Assembly: GCA_951406725.2 (NCBI GenBank) | Contig: OX597827.1 | Location: 39,432,001 to 39,496,000, forward strand | Length of the DNA stretch: 64,000 nucleotides | Source of the DNA: Octopus vulgaris | Lineage: Eukaryota | Reading direction: 5' to 3' | Shown: positions 1 to 11,116 of the stretch, piece after piece | Position numbering within the stretch: the stretch's first letter is position 1 | Layout: each line of letters begins with the position of its first letter | Position numbers and translations under genes: made by a program | Notes under the pieces: generated by a model | Seen by the model: the letters and a program-made list of their open reading frames with translations, nothing else | Databases searched by the model: none | Told to the model about the DNA's origin: nothing

Positions 1-243
1 GTATGGAACAAACTGCCGGCATCAGTTGTTAGTTGTTGGAGCACTGCATCCTTCAAAACTTCCATGCTTCCTGAGATTCGCCAACACTACACCTGAATTT
101 CTCATCTCCATACACACGCAAGCATGTATCTGACACATACACTGTTCATTTCCCAGACATTTGTATATTACTGCATATGCTTTATATACACTTTTGACAA
201 GTTGTGGTGCACCTGAGCACTGTATACAATAATTTCATTATTA
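1..243 (+). mobile_element. 3' end of a CR1/L2-type LINE (RT C-terminus plus 3' UTR)
   Basis: From 4 the sequence translates WNKLPASVVSCWSTASFKTSM, matching the WNxLPxxVVxxxSxxxFK C-terminal motif of CR1-clade ORF2; ends in a short (ATT)-type tail. Confidence 0.7.
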
Positions 244-548
244 GAATTCAGTTGGATAAATTGTCTTTGAGTTTTTCAGGTACATTTTCTTTATCATGCC
301 TTTTAGTAATTCTTTCAGCTTCAAACTGAATACTCTGTAAATTAAGTGTGGCCACTCCTGTGATGTTTGATGAACCTCAACTTAAGCAATTATTTTGGAG
401 TAATTTGAATTGCATGTGAACATCTGGCTTTTCATAATGGTGAAAAATACTCACTGAGTTCAGAAAGTGTTTTCTTCTATTTATTTTTTGTAGGACTTAG
501 CATGGAGGGTGACAGAAGACAATATAGCAAACAATATGGTTATTTGTG

Positions 549-759
549 GTAAGCTGGCATGATTGTTACTGTGCCAGGCAGAATGCTTAGTAGTATTTTG
601 ACATCTTCATGTTCTGAGTTCAAATTCCACTGAGTTTGACTTTACCTTTCACCCTTTCTGGGTTAATAAAATAAATACCAGTTGAACACTGGGGTTGATA
701 TAATCAACTGACCAACCCCCACTCCCGTATTTGTCGGCCTTGTGCCAAAATTTGAAACC
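549..759 (+). mobile_element. SINE family A (octopus OR-like) with 18-bp TSD
   Basis: Core gttctgagttcaaattcc...gactttacctttca...ataaaataaataccagttgaacactgggg; flanked by a direct repeat caatatggttatttgtgg (532-549 and 760-776). Confidence 0.75.
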
Positions 760-929
760 AATATGGTTATTTGTGGCATCACTTTGCACTTAGTCCATCA
801 AATCTTGATAAGATTGTGCTGTTAGCTCCAGTTGTTTCATATCAAACACATTGGAGCTATAATTCAACTTTGCAATAGCTATCAACAATGTAGTCCTGTG
901 ATACAAAATCATCTATCATCATCATTATC

Positions 930-1105
930 ATCATCATAATCATCATTTAATGTCCATTTTCCATGCAGGCACTGGTTGGATGGTTTGACAGGAGCTGGCA
1001 AGCTAGAGGGCTGCACAAGGCTCCAGTCATTTGTTTTGGCATGGTTTCTACAGTTGGATGCCCATCCTAATGCCAACCACTTTACTGAGTGTACTGGATG
1101 TGAAG
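930..1105 (-). mobile_element. RTE-type LINE 3' UTR fragment
   Basis: (CAT)n tail followed by tttaatgtccattttccatgc...ggatgcccatcctaatgccaaccact; same family as 9995, 10385, 46905 and 54580. Confidence 0.65.
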
Positions 1106-1492
1106 CTAGCATGTGTTTCATTTTTATGTGGCACCAACATGCATGCTTTTTACATGGTACCAGTATTCATGGAGTTACCAGGTAGCTTGCAAGACAAGGA
1201 CCTCTTAACTGAGAGGAGGATATTTCAAAGTCATTGATTTCATGTATCATTCTATATCATAACAACATTTTAGTAATTGCTTTGTTAATATTAATCTCCA
1301 ACTGTCATATCCTAACTTTCTTCCATAGGAAGAAGAGAAATAGTGCAATGGATTCTGATCTTGATTCATTTGGTTTGATTCACTTGCAGATGTTAACATT
1401 AAACAATGACATGATGTCCCCTACTTATTTTCTCCTGCTCCAAGTAGAAAGGCTGCTACTTCAGAAGCATTGTAATTTCTCATAGAATTAGG

Positions 1493-1692
1493 ATGGCGAG
1501 ATGGCAGAATCATTAGCATGCCGGGCAAAATGCATTTCGTCTGTCTTTACATTCCAAGTTCAAATTCAGATGAGGTTGACTTTGTCTTTCATCCTTTCAA
1601 TAAAATAAGCAACAGTTGAGCACTGGGGTTAATGTAACTGACTTATCCCTACTCCTGAAATTACTGACCTAGTGCCAAAATTTGAAACCAAT
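1493..1692 (+). mobile_element. SINE family A
   Basis: ggcgagatggcagaatcattagcatgccgggcaaaatgc...gccaaaatttgaaacca. Confidence 0.75.
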
Positions 1693-2285
1693 TTTTCATA
1701 GAATATGAAACAATGGCCAAATTGAAATATTGTATATCACAGTAATTATGTGAGATTACATATGGTATGTATATTACCAAGTAGTCACAGTGCTCATACA
1801 ACAAGTCCTGCAGATGTTTTAGGATTGTACATTCAAATGTAGCATAATGAACATTCAATGAATAGTTTTCCTATTTGTATCATAGATGCTGTTCGATCAG
1901 AGGTAGGCAATAAAACATTTGAGAAGAGATAGAACAGCTGCACATTAAATTATCTATGTGTACAAATCAGAGATTCACCTAGCATTAAACTTTCATTATC
2001 AGAGATATTCTTTACTCGGTGATCAGTTCTATTGACATTAGGCGTGTATGCTTGCATATATGTATATACATACATACAGATGTCTGACCAGCAAGGTGAA
2101 GCGGCTGACCTCCCCTGTTCGAAGGTTGTAATGGACGCAGGTTCGTGTGTCATATAGCTAGCTAATCAGTGACAGCTTTAGTCTTATATTTATGGACTGC
2201 CATATTAGTTTGGCGATAACTATTAATATCCAGTAACGCTGCCGTAATCTCCTTTAGAGAGACTTAGTAATTTTAATATTTCTAT

Positions 2286-2299
2286 TATATATATATATG

Positions 2300-2383
<84 letters not shown>

Positions 2384-2459
2384 GTATATATTGTATGTAT
2401 ATGTATATATATATATATATGTATATGTATATATTGTATGTATATGTATATATTGTATG

Positions 2460-2494
<35 letters not shown>
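2286..2494. repeat. (TA)n/(TATG)n microsatellite abutting the 3' end of the Penelope-like element
   Basis: Read directly. Confidence 0.95.
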
Positions 2495-2498
<4 letters not shown>

Positions 2499-2798
2499 GA
2501 AAGAATGGAGTCGAACGAAGATGTTAACAAAATTCCTTTACTCTCGACATATGTTTTGAAGACAACATGTTTTCATTCTAAAGGAATAAAGGGTGCATTA
2601 TGCAATCTTCTCATCAGGAAAGAAAGGGAGCCTCTCTCGACAAGACAAACAAAAATTTCGATGACTGCCTACATGGTAAACAAAGCGATAATGAGTGTTT
2701 TTTAAAAAACTGTTAGAAGAATTGACGTCAAAGATAGATAGTAGGAAGAGAATGGTTAAAGGAATAATAGGTAGGGAACAAGTGGAGAGGGAAGGGTA
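2493..2798 (-). repeat. 3' pseudo-LTR of the Penelope-like element
   Basis: Near-identical to 5698-6006. Confidence 0.93.
2534..2628 (-). ncRNA. Hammerhead ribozyme in 3' pLTR (G12 to A, probably inactive)
   Basis: Minus strand: cuuuc CUGAUGA gaaga[long loop]ucuuc AAAAC auau GUC gagag; stem I intact, GAAA mutated. Confidence 0.8.
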
Positions 2799-2865
2799 TG
2801 TTGATTGAAAGAACGTTCGAAGGCTTAGGAAGGAATTTCGCTATAGAAGTGGGGTGGACGTAAAG

Positions 2866-5487
2866 CTAATTGTTCAAACCACAGTGACTATCGTTATCAT
2901 TTATATGAGTAGAAAGTATGTTTCTGCAGTGTTTACATTTGTATGATTTTTCTATGAGTGTGTTTACTAGGGGAACCTTAGAGAAGAGAATACGGAAGAG
3001 TTCAGAGTTGCAAATGTTACAAAATCTCCTGCCCTTATCAAAAGGAAAGGATACAGACAGTATGAACCAATCTAACTTAAAATTTATATTGTTGTCTTTA
3101 AGACGCCAAACTAATTTACTTAGCCCTGTAGTATGTCGTTTTTTACTATCCCTGAATGTTGAATAATGGTTTGAAATTCTCTTGGATAACTGGGAAGTGG
3201 ATGCTCTTATATAGAAGAAGACATCGGTACCGAAAGAAATTCTATACTGGTAAATAGAATTCTTAATCTTAGAATTACTAGACAAAAATTTAATTCTGTT
3301 GGGGTTGTCCTCCGAGATCAAAACAAAGTTTTTATTGTTATGATTGTTGTTACTATTATTATTAGCGCCAACAACTACACTATTTCTATGATTATTAGTA
3401 TTATTAATGGTAATACAACCAGTAATACCACCGACAATAATACCGTTATTGTTGTTACCAAACAACACTACCATTGTTATTAACACGACTAATACTATTA
3501 TTAATATTATCATTGTTAACACTTTCGCTGCTACCAATGCTGTTACTACTAATACTATTCCTATTATTATGATTGTATGATGGGTTGGAATTAGCAAGAT
3601 TAGTGTTGGAACTCCCAGGTGAAGAATCTTTGTTTAGCAGCTTGGTATTGTGGGAAGATATAATTTGTGAAAGATTCCTAGTGTTAGAGAAAGCGATTCT
3701 GACTATGTGGGAATTGATAATAGAATGATATCTAGAATTTCTGGGAAAGTTCCTAGCAACGGCTTCACGGAACTGTAAGGGAAGGTTCGATTTAATTTGT
3801 TTTCCGAAAGGTATTACGAACCAGATACAGTTTTTTGTGGCCTTTGAATTGTTCTTAGTGCTATTTGTGATAATAAGGGGAAAATTTCTGGGTTGGAAAT
3901 TTGGGGTTGAATGGCGCTTACCTCCCCTAGTCCGTAAAGAATTTATTTTATGTACAGGGTTGCTGGCACTATTAGAATTGAAATCATTATTCCTATTACG
4001 AGTAACTTTTCTATCTGGAGAAGCAGATCTTGGTTTAGAATGAGCTGAATTGATGTATGACACTTTCTCCTTATAACCGGCTCTTAACAAGGCGGTGTTA
4101 TAGAAGTCTGCCTTTTGGTTAAAGATGTCAACATTAGCAGATAATTTAGACAGTCTCAGAGATATGTTTTTGACTAAATTATCGGTAATTGGCCTGGCAT
4201 GATTACTGAAAATGCTAATATACTTAAGATTTGTGGAAGGTTTATGATAAGGGAAGTATGAGTTATTCTGCAAATTGAGGGTAATGTCTAAGAAGTTGAC
4301 TTTAGTTAATTCATCATCAAAAACGATGCGCAAGCCCATTCTACTAAAAAACCTAACTAATCTGTTCTTAACCTTCTGTGTTTTTTTTGGTTCGAAACGT
4401 TTTGGAGGTAAAGCAGACAATCGTCGCGATAAAGACCTCCACAGATGTCCGGGAATTGGTCGGCCATTTCATAAAGAATATAAATTCCGACCAAATCGGC
4501 TATCTGGGTGCTGTCTGTACTTCCCATTAGTACATCAAACGCATTAGGGGTATCTCTATGGACCCACAACTTGCTATCGAACTGGATGAAAGATTTCCTA
4601 GCAGTCAATATCACACTAATTTCCTCCCTGGAGAGGCCTGCCTTATTGTGTGTGTGCCATAGGGCCTTATTAAATATAATAGGGTTGATTGAAGAATAGA
4701 AACTAGATATATAGAATTGGATAAATTTAGTGTTGGCCTTATCAGTAATAGAAGTAAACCAATCTACGACTTGAACAGAATTGGACCATAAGCTAAGTTT
4801 TAATTTATTAATTAATATAGGGATATACTTATCTAATATGTATTTACTAAGGGTACCGATATCTGAACTGGAAGGGCATATGAGCCGCAATGCTGGGTTA
4901 GTATGAAAGTTCTGCTTGTGGTCCTTTAAGACGAATCTGGATTGCCTAGGGTTCAATGGTTCCGTCTTCATCTGTAATCCGTAAGTTTCCATAATCTGTT
5001 TAGTTTCTAAGTTGGCCTGCCTGAGAGTATTCCTACTGATGGTCCTGTAATTCTTATGTATCTCCTTTTTGAGCAGTTCCTAATAATGGCTCTTGGTAAG
5101 CTTATAGATGTTGCCGGTTTTATCCGATTGGACCAGGATAGAATCCAAGTTGTTTATATCTCTAGAGACATTATCGAGGTATCTGAGGTGCTTATTCCTG
5201 AGGGGTGATTTATGAAATTTAATATTCTTTACGATGTCCCAAAGATCATCTTTGAATTTCTTCAATCTAAGATTAGGTGGAGGAGTGCCCCTCGATTTAA
5301 ATAGTTTTTTATATTCAAGGGAGACGTCGTTACTGGTCCGTTTTAGGTCCTTATTGTCGTGGAATAAGGTGAGCCATCTGATGCGGATGATAAATGCATT
5401 GGTTTTGTTAATAATTTCCTTAAGGAAGGCTTTTTTTGGTGGTATAGGGATATCCTTAAGGGAGGCGTTAATATTGAACAACTCCAT
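2866..5487 (-). pseudogene. Penelope-like RT/GIY-YIG endonuclease ORF, disrupted (TAG at 5080-5082, frameshifts near 4430 and in 3455-3597)
   Basis: N-terminal SLKDIPIP..FIIRIRW; SDKTGNIY; LRLICPSSSDIG; FIQFYISSFYSSI (RT motif A); VLMGSTDS; GGLYRDD; VNFLDITLNL; YHKP; EN with SIY..FYIRAST..KRISNH..TGLSKLVWRLK..CNIC..E..LVN..CKH. Confidence 0.92.
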
Positions 5488-5697
5488 TTGCGGTATCGGT
5501 TATGTTAGCAGGTTCTCAGGGAAACTGTATAAGAATATTTAAATAGGTGAATGAATTATCCTATGTTTATCGTCAGCATGGAAAATTCGTTTAACCGAAA
5601 CCTGGGTAGCAAATTCACGTCAGAAACACGGTTGAAGCGACCTGTCCAAGGGTAGAAACTCCGGGTTCATGTGCAGAAATTTGTGTGTTGTATATGA

Positions 5698-6006
5698 ATA
5701 AATGAAAGAATGGAGTCGAACGAAGATGTTAACAAAATTCCTTTACTCTAGACATATGTTTCGAAGACAACATATTTTCATTCCAAAGGAATAAAGGGTG
5801 CATTATGAAATCTTCTCATCAGGAAAGAAAGGGAGCCTCTCTCGACAACAAGACAAACAAAAATTTCGATGACTGCCTACATGGTAAACAAAACGATAAT
5901 GAGTGTTTTTTAAAAAACCGTTAGAAGAATTGACGTCAAAGATAGATAGTAGGAAGAGAATGGTTAAAGGAATAATAGGTAGGGAACAAGTGGAGAGAGA
6001 AGGGTA
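5698..6006 (-). repeat. 5' pseudo-LTR of the Penelope-like element
   Basis: Near-identical to 2493-2798. Confidence 0.93.
5739..5833 (-). ncRNA. Hammerhead ribozyme in 5' pLTR
   Basis: Minus strand: cuuuc CUGAUGA gaaga[~41-nt loop]ucuuc GAAAC auau GUC uagag; palindromic stem III ACAUAUGU. Confidence 0.87.
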
Positions 6007-6252
6007 GAGCGTCCACTTCCCAGTTATCCAAGAGAATTTCAAACCATTATTATCCTCCTCCTCCTTCTTCTTCTTCTTCTTCTTCTTCTTCTTCCCTATC
6101 AAGAATTCACAACGACTTCAAACCCACAAGAGTAAACAAGAGAGACAGAGACAAGCAGAAACAAGGAAAATGCTCCTTGAATACTATACAAATATTCTTA
6201 TAAAAAAACTTTTCTTTCAATTTTTCCAAAACTTAATTGTTTTCCATATTTA

Positions 6253-6288
6253 CAGTTGAAAAAGTCTCAATGACTGAAACCAGTACTG
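6253..6288 (+). ncRNA. Minimal hammerhead, U3-A8 variant
   Basis: cag UUGAAAA aguc ucaau gacu GAAAC ca GUA cug: stems I and II pair, NUH = GUA. Confidence 0.65.
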
Positions 6289-6507
6289 AAATGTTTTTTT
6301 ATAAAATTATTTAAGCATTTTTTGCCTTGATTTTTTTTCCATATATATCAACTTGTGTGTTCTTTTTCCACCTTCTACACCTTCTACACACCCACACACA
6401 TATATATAGTTAATCCAAACATGAACAAAGAGAAAACACAACAACGCGAGGACGTGGAACAAGTATAGTGTTATTGGATGCTCAGGAAAGGAAAGAAAGG
6501 AGGAGGA

Positions 6508-6540
6508 TTTAACATTTCGAGTGGAGCTCTTTGTCAGAAA
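6508..6540 (-). ncRNA. Minimal hammerhead, CpG-decayed
   Basis: Minus strand: uuu CUGACAA A gag cucca cuc GAAAU GUU aaa; restoring two CpGs gives CUGACGA...GAAAC GUU. Confidence 0.65.
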
Positions 6541-6640
6541 CATAGAAAAAGGAAAAAGGAAGGGAAGACGGAGAAAGAAAATCACCAACGATACACACGC
6601 AGTCACATATTGAAATATATATATATATATATATATACGG

Positions 6641-6690
<50 letters not shown>

Positions 6691-6745
6691 GCATACATAT
6701 GTGGCACATAAAGAAAAAATTAACCGTTGAACATCGTGCCTCTTG

Positions 6746-6990
6746 GAGGCAAAGTGGCTGGGTACCTTTTGAGCACTGAGCCTGACAGAGGCAAAGTGAC
6801 TGAGTTCCTTTTGATCATTGGGCCTCATGGAGGCAAAGTGGCTGAGTTACTTTCGAGCGTTGAGCCTCAAGGTAGCAAATCGACAAGCTCCTGGGCCGCA
6901 GGGAGGCAAAGTGACTGAGTTCCTTTTGAGTGTTGGGCCTCATGGAGGCATGAGGCTGACTTCCTTTTGAGTGTTGGGCCTCACGGAGAC
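6746..6990 (+). repeat. ~42-bp minisatellite (about 6 units) upstream of an RTE-type 3' tail
   Basis: Unit ggaggcaaagtg(g/a)ctgagttccttttgagcgttgggcctcat at about 6746, 6787, 6829, 6871, 6902 and 6943. Confidence 0.85.
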
Positions 6991-7282
6991 AATGGTTAAG
7001 ACCTTTGGCATTATGTTATACTTGAGAAGAAGACCCATCAAGCTGAGCAAAATCGTAGTCGTGGCAGATACTGGGATCACGCAAATGGCACCCATGCCAG
7101 TGGCATGTAAAAGCACCCATTACACTCTCGGAGTGGTTGGCGTTAGGGAGGGCATCCAGCTGTAGAAAACCATGCCAAATCAGACTGGATCCTTGCACAG
7201 CCTGCCAGTGTGCCAGCCCAGTCAAATCGTCCAACCCATGCCAGCATGGACAACAGACGTTAAAGGATGATGATGATGATGT
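6990..7282 (+). mobile_element. RTE-type LINE 3' UTR ending in (GAT)n
   Basis: gtggttggcgttagggagggcatccagctgtagaaa...ccaacccatgccagcatgga...cgttaaaggatgatgatg. Confidence 0.7.
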
Positions 7283-7894
7283 GCATATAGATATACATAC
7301 ATACATATACACGCATGTTTATGTATGTGTGTGTGAGTGCGTGATGCTAGTTCTTTTGTATAGATATCATATTATTTTATATTTGTTAGTTTGTTGTGGC
7401 AAATATTCTCACTACAGTTCTCTCTCTGTCTCTTTCCAGATACACATACACACACACGAAATAAAAGCTATACGCGCGTGTGGTGTTTTATAACGTACAC
7501 TGTTCACAACTCACATGTTAATACGTGTGTATATATATATATCTTACGTACGCATAAACGTATTTTCTAATATATTTGCTCTCTCCTATTTCTTTTTCTC
7601 GTACGTGTAGGTTTTATCTTAAATATACAATTCTCCCACACTCGCCCTTCATACTTTCGGTTGCTTTAAAATGTAAGCAACAGAGGTTGGAAAAATAAAG
7701 ACCTGAAAAAATACCAAGAAACGAATAAACAAGTAAAAGTTAAAAACTACACATGTAAAAAATATATAATCCGTAACCACCCAATAGCACCAACAACCCG
7801 TATCTTAAAACCAACGCCCTTTTTGGCCGGGAACCACGTTGTTAGAATAAACAAAGCAAATAATAAGGGAGGTAACTCAACCTACCAAATCTAC

Positions 7895-8001
7895 ACGTCT
7901 ATCTGTCTGTCTATACAACCATGCAGTTCACACATGCACTCTCTCTCTCTCTCTCTCTTGTCTGCCTGACTGTCTGTTTATCTGTCTGTCTGCCTGCCTG
8001 C

Positions 8002-8040
<39 letters not shown>

Positions 8041-8197
8041 TCTATACAACTATCAAGCTAACACACACGTGCACCCTCTCTTTCTCTCTCACTCATTTTC
8101 TCTTTCTTTCTTTATCTATCTATCTTTCTGTCTGCCTGTCTGTCTGTCTATACAACCATCAAGCTCACGTACACATGTACACACACACACACACACA

Positions 8198-8233
<36 letters not shown>

Positions 8234-8299
8234 GTATGTATGTATACCTTATTTGTCTACCTACCTACCTACCTATCTATCTGTCTGTCTGTCAATCTG

Positions 8300-8371
<72 letters not shown>

Positions 8372-8527
8372 ACTATCTATCTATACAACCATCAAGCTAA
8401 CACACGTGCACTCTCTCTCTCTCACTCACTCTATCTTTCTTTAACTATCTATCTATCTTTCTGTCTGCCTGTCTGTCTATACAACCATCAAGCTCACGTA
8501 CACATGCACACTCCCTTTCTCTCTTTG

Positions 8528-8589
<62 letters not shown>

Positions 8590-8612
8590 CATTCAACCAT
8601 AAAGCTAACTGT
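7895..8612. repeat. Compound minisatellite with unit core ctatacaaccatcaagct(a/c)ac interleaved with (CT)n/(CTAT)n
   Basis: Cores at about 7911, 8042, 8148, 8381, 8477 and 8590. Confidence 0.8.
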
Positions 8613-9181
8613 CTGTTAATCTATCGATCGATCAATCGATCTTTCTCTCCCCCCCTCTCTCTCTCTCTCTACTTATCCATCTATGCATAACTACCTCAAC
8701 CTGTAATATTTACTACAAAGCAAGCATAAAATAGGTAACATCTCAATTTACAATTTAGTATTTTATTATTAACACTCTCACGTCACCAAAAAAAAAAAAA
8801 CAACAACAAAAAACTAGTCTTTGGATTTGGTACTGCCACATTTCTAGCTATAACAGCTGTTGTGAAGTCTCACTTAGATTTTCCGGTTACGTAAGTTAGG
8901 TATTATCTAATAAAAACATAATTATGAAAGAAAGACAACAAAATCTCAGAATAAGAAAACATTGTACGAGCTGTCAACTTTTTTCAACCAACCAACCAAA
9001 CTTAACTTGGTTAATGTTAAGGACAAATACAAATTTATTAATATATGTGCATCATACACACACACACACACGTGAACGAATGCATAGACACATCCACATG
9101 AACACATACACACACATTCATGTGCTTATCTGGCTTTCATAAAAAGGTTTCTATCATAAGAGCCCCCTTTATTCTCTTTGT

Positions 9182-9230
<49 letters not shown>

Positions 9231-9343
9231 GTATGTACATATATGTATATATATATAGTATTTAAATATATGTATGTATATATGCATATATTTATAAATT
9301 ATTTATTATTACGATCAAACACATCCTTTTCCAAGTAAGTTTT

Positions 9344-9397
<54 letters not shown>

Positions 9398-9994
9398 GTA
9401 TATGCATACACATATGCATACATACACACAAATATATATATATACACACACACATACATTCACATACCACACACATACATGCACATGCCACACACATACA
9501 AGCACATGCCACACACACACACACATATATGACATGCATACACACACAAACACTATGATATATGTAAAAGTGTTTTGGTTTGTCTCTTTTCACATATTGG
9601 TTACCTTACTGAATTGCAGTGTATATATGTGTTTATTTAGTAACAGTATATATACATCCTCTGGAATATGATGCATGGGTCTTTCAGTGAAAAGTACAAA
9701 AATAATAAACACTGCTGGTGTTGATGATGTTGATCATGATGTTGATGATTCATGTAACATTAGCAACTGAGAAAGCACAAAGGATTTGACACGTGCATCA
9801 TTCCATCAGACATGTGGGTTTAAGCATATATTTACACATATAGTCAGATCATATATAAATACATACATGGTTAAGAAGATCACCTTGCAACCACGTGGTT
9901 TTGAATTCAGTCTCACTGTATGGCACGTTCTGCTTTTGCACTGGGCCAATCAATGGGAATTAATTTGGTAGGATGGAAAGTGTGGGGAAGCCCA

Positions 9995-10148
9995 TCATCA
10001 TCATCATTGTCATAATTGTCATCTGACGTCTGCTTTCCATGCTGGCATAGGTTAGAAGGTTTGACTGGAAGTGGTAAACCGGAGAGCTGCACCAGGTTCC
10101 AGTCTGATCGGCATGGCTTCTATAGCTGGATGCCCTTCCTAATGCCAA

Positions 10149-10150
<2 letters not shown>
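9995..10150 (-). mobile_element. RTE-type LINE 3' UTR fragment
   Basis: Same family as 930-1105. Confidence 0.65.
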
Positions 10151-10200
<50 letters not shown>

Positions 10201-10245
10201 AATACACACACATGTATAGACTTATATTTACATATACATATATAT

Positions 10246-10292
<47 letters not shown>

Positions 10293-10384
10293 CACACATA
10301 TACATGCACACATATATATGTGTATATATATATAGATATATATATATATATGTATTTGTGCATATATATATATACATATACATA

Positions 10385-10675
10385 TCATCATCATCATCAT
10401 TTAGCGTCCGCTTTCCATGCTAGCATGGGTTGGACGGTTCAACTGGGGTCTGGGAAGCCAGATGGCTGCACCAGGCCCAGTCTGATCTGGCAATGTTTCT
10501 ACGGCTGGATGCCCTTCTTAGCGCCAACCACTCCGTGAGTGTAGTGGGTGCTTTTTACGTGCCAGACGGGGCTGGCAAACGGCCACGGTTGGATGGTGCT
10601 TTTTACGTGCCACCGGCATGGGGGCCAGGTGAGGCTGGCAACGGCCATGATCGGATGGTGCTTTTTACGTGCCAC
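10385..10675 (-). mobile_element. RTE-type LINE 3' UTR with three internal ggtgctttttacgtgcca repeats
   Basis: (CAT)n tail plus conserved family sequence; the internal repeat is read directly. Confidence 0.7.
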
Positions 10676-10683
10676 ATATATAA

Positions 10684-10758
<75 letters not shown>

Positions 10759-10889
10759 TTTATGGGAATGGCGTCCACAAGTTTTCCATCCTACCAATAC
10801 TCTTGTACACTTCAGCTGCACCTTTCCTCCCCATGGATTACACTAGACTCCTCTGTTGATGAGAAATCGATCCAATACACCACGACATT

Positions 10890-11093
10890 TGAAGTTTTTG
10901 AAGTTTTTGCACTTTTTAAAAACTTTTTTGTACTTTCTGCTTTTTCCTATTGTTGTTTCTTACCCACTACATATTCTTTATTTTCTCTCCTCGAAATGTT
11001 AAAGACTTTTTCACTTCCCGAGTGTTAAACTAATACATCTGTTTGTTGTCTACACCACCTGTCTTCGTCTTTTGTTTTTTTGTGAATTCTCCA
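10890..11093 (+). repeat. pLTR-like repeat with HHR core deleted
   Basis: Inverted copy at 13316-13523; homologous to 13548-13722 but missing 40 bp that span the HHR core. Confidence 0.75.
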
Positions 11094-11116
11094 TATATAT
11101 GTGTGTGTCTGTGTGT

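Larger units (their letters stand above)
2493..6050 (-). mobile_element. Penelope-like retroelement (EN+, Naiad-like) with direct pseudo-LTRs and a 5' inverted fragment
   Basis: RT and GIY-YIG ORF fragments; ~306-bp direct repeats 2493-2798 and 5698-6006; HHR in each repeat; 6006-6050 is an inverted copy of ~3162-3206. Confidence 0.93.

Noticed and set aside
1778-1807. Possible 30-bp minus-strand microexon (cag|GACTTG...CTTG|gtaat)
   Set aside because: Weak polypyrimidine tract and no recognisable protein; could be chance.
5080-5082. In-frame stop in the Naiad-like ORF as a possible selenocysteine codon
   Set aside because: The codon is TAG, not TGA, and no SECIS-like AUGA..AA..GA hairpin was seen in the 3' UTR by eye.
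6746-6990. Regularly spaced repeats resembling a CRISPR array
   Set aside because: Whole units are tandemly repeated without unique spacers; eukaryotic context; no cas genes.
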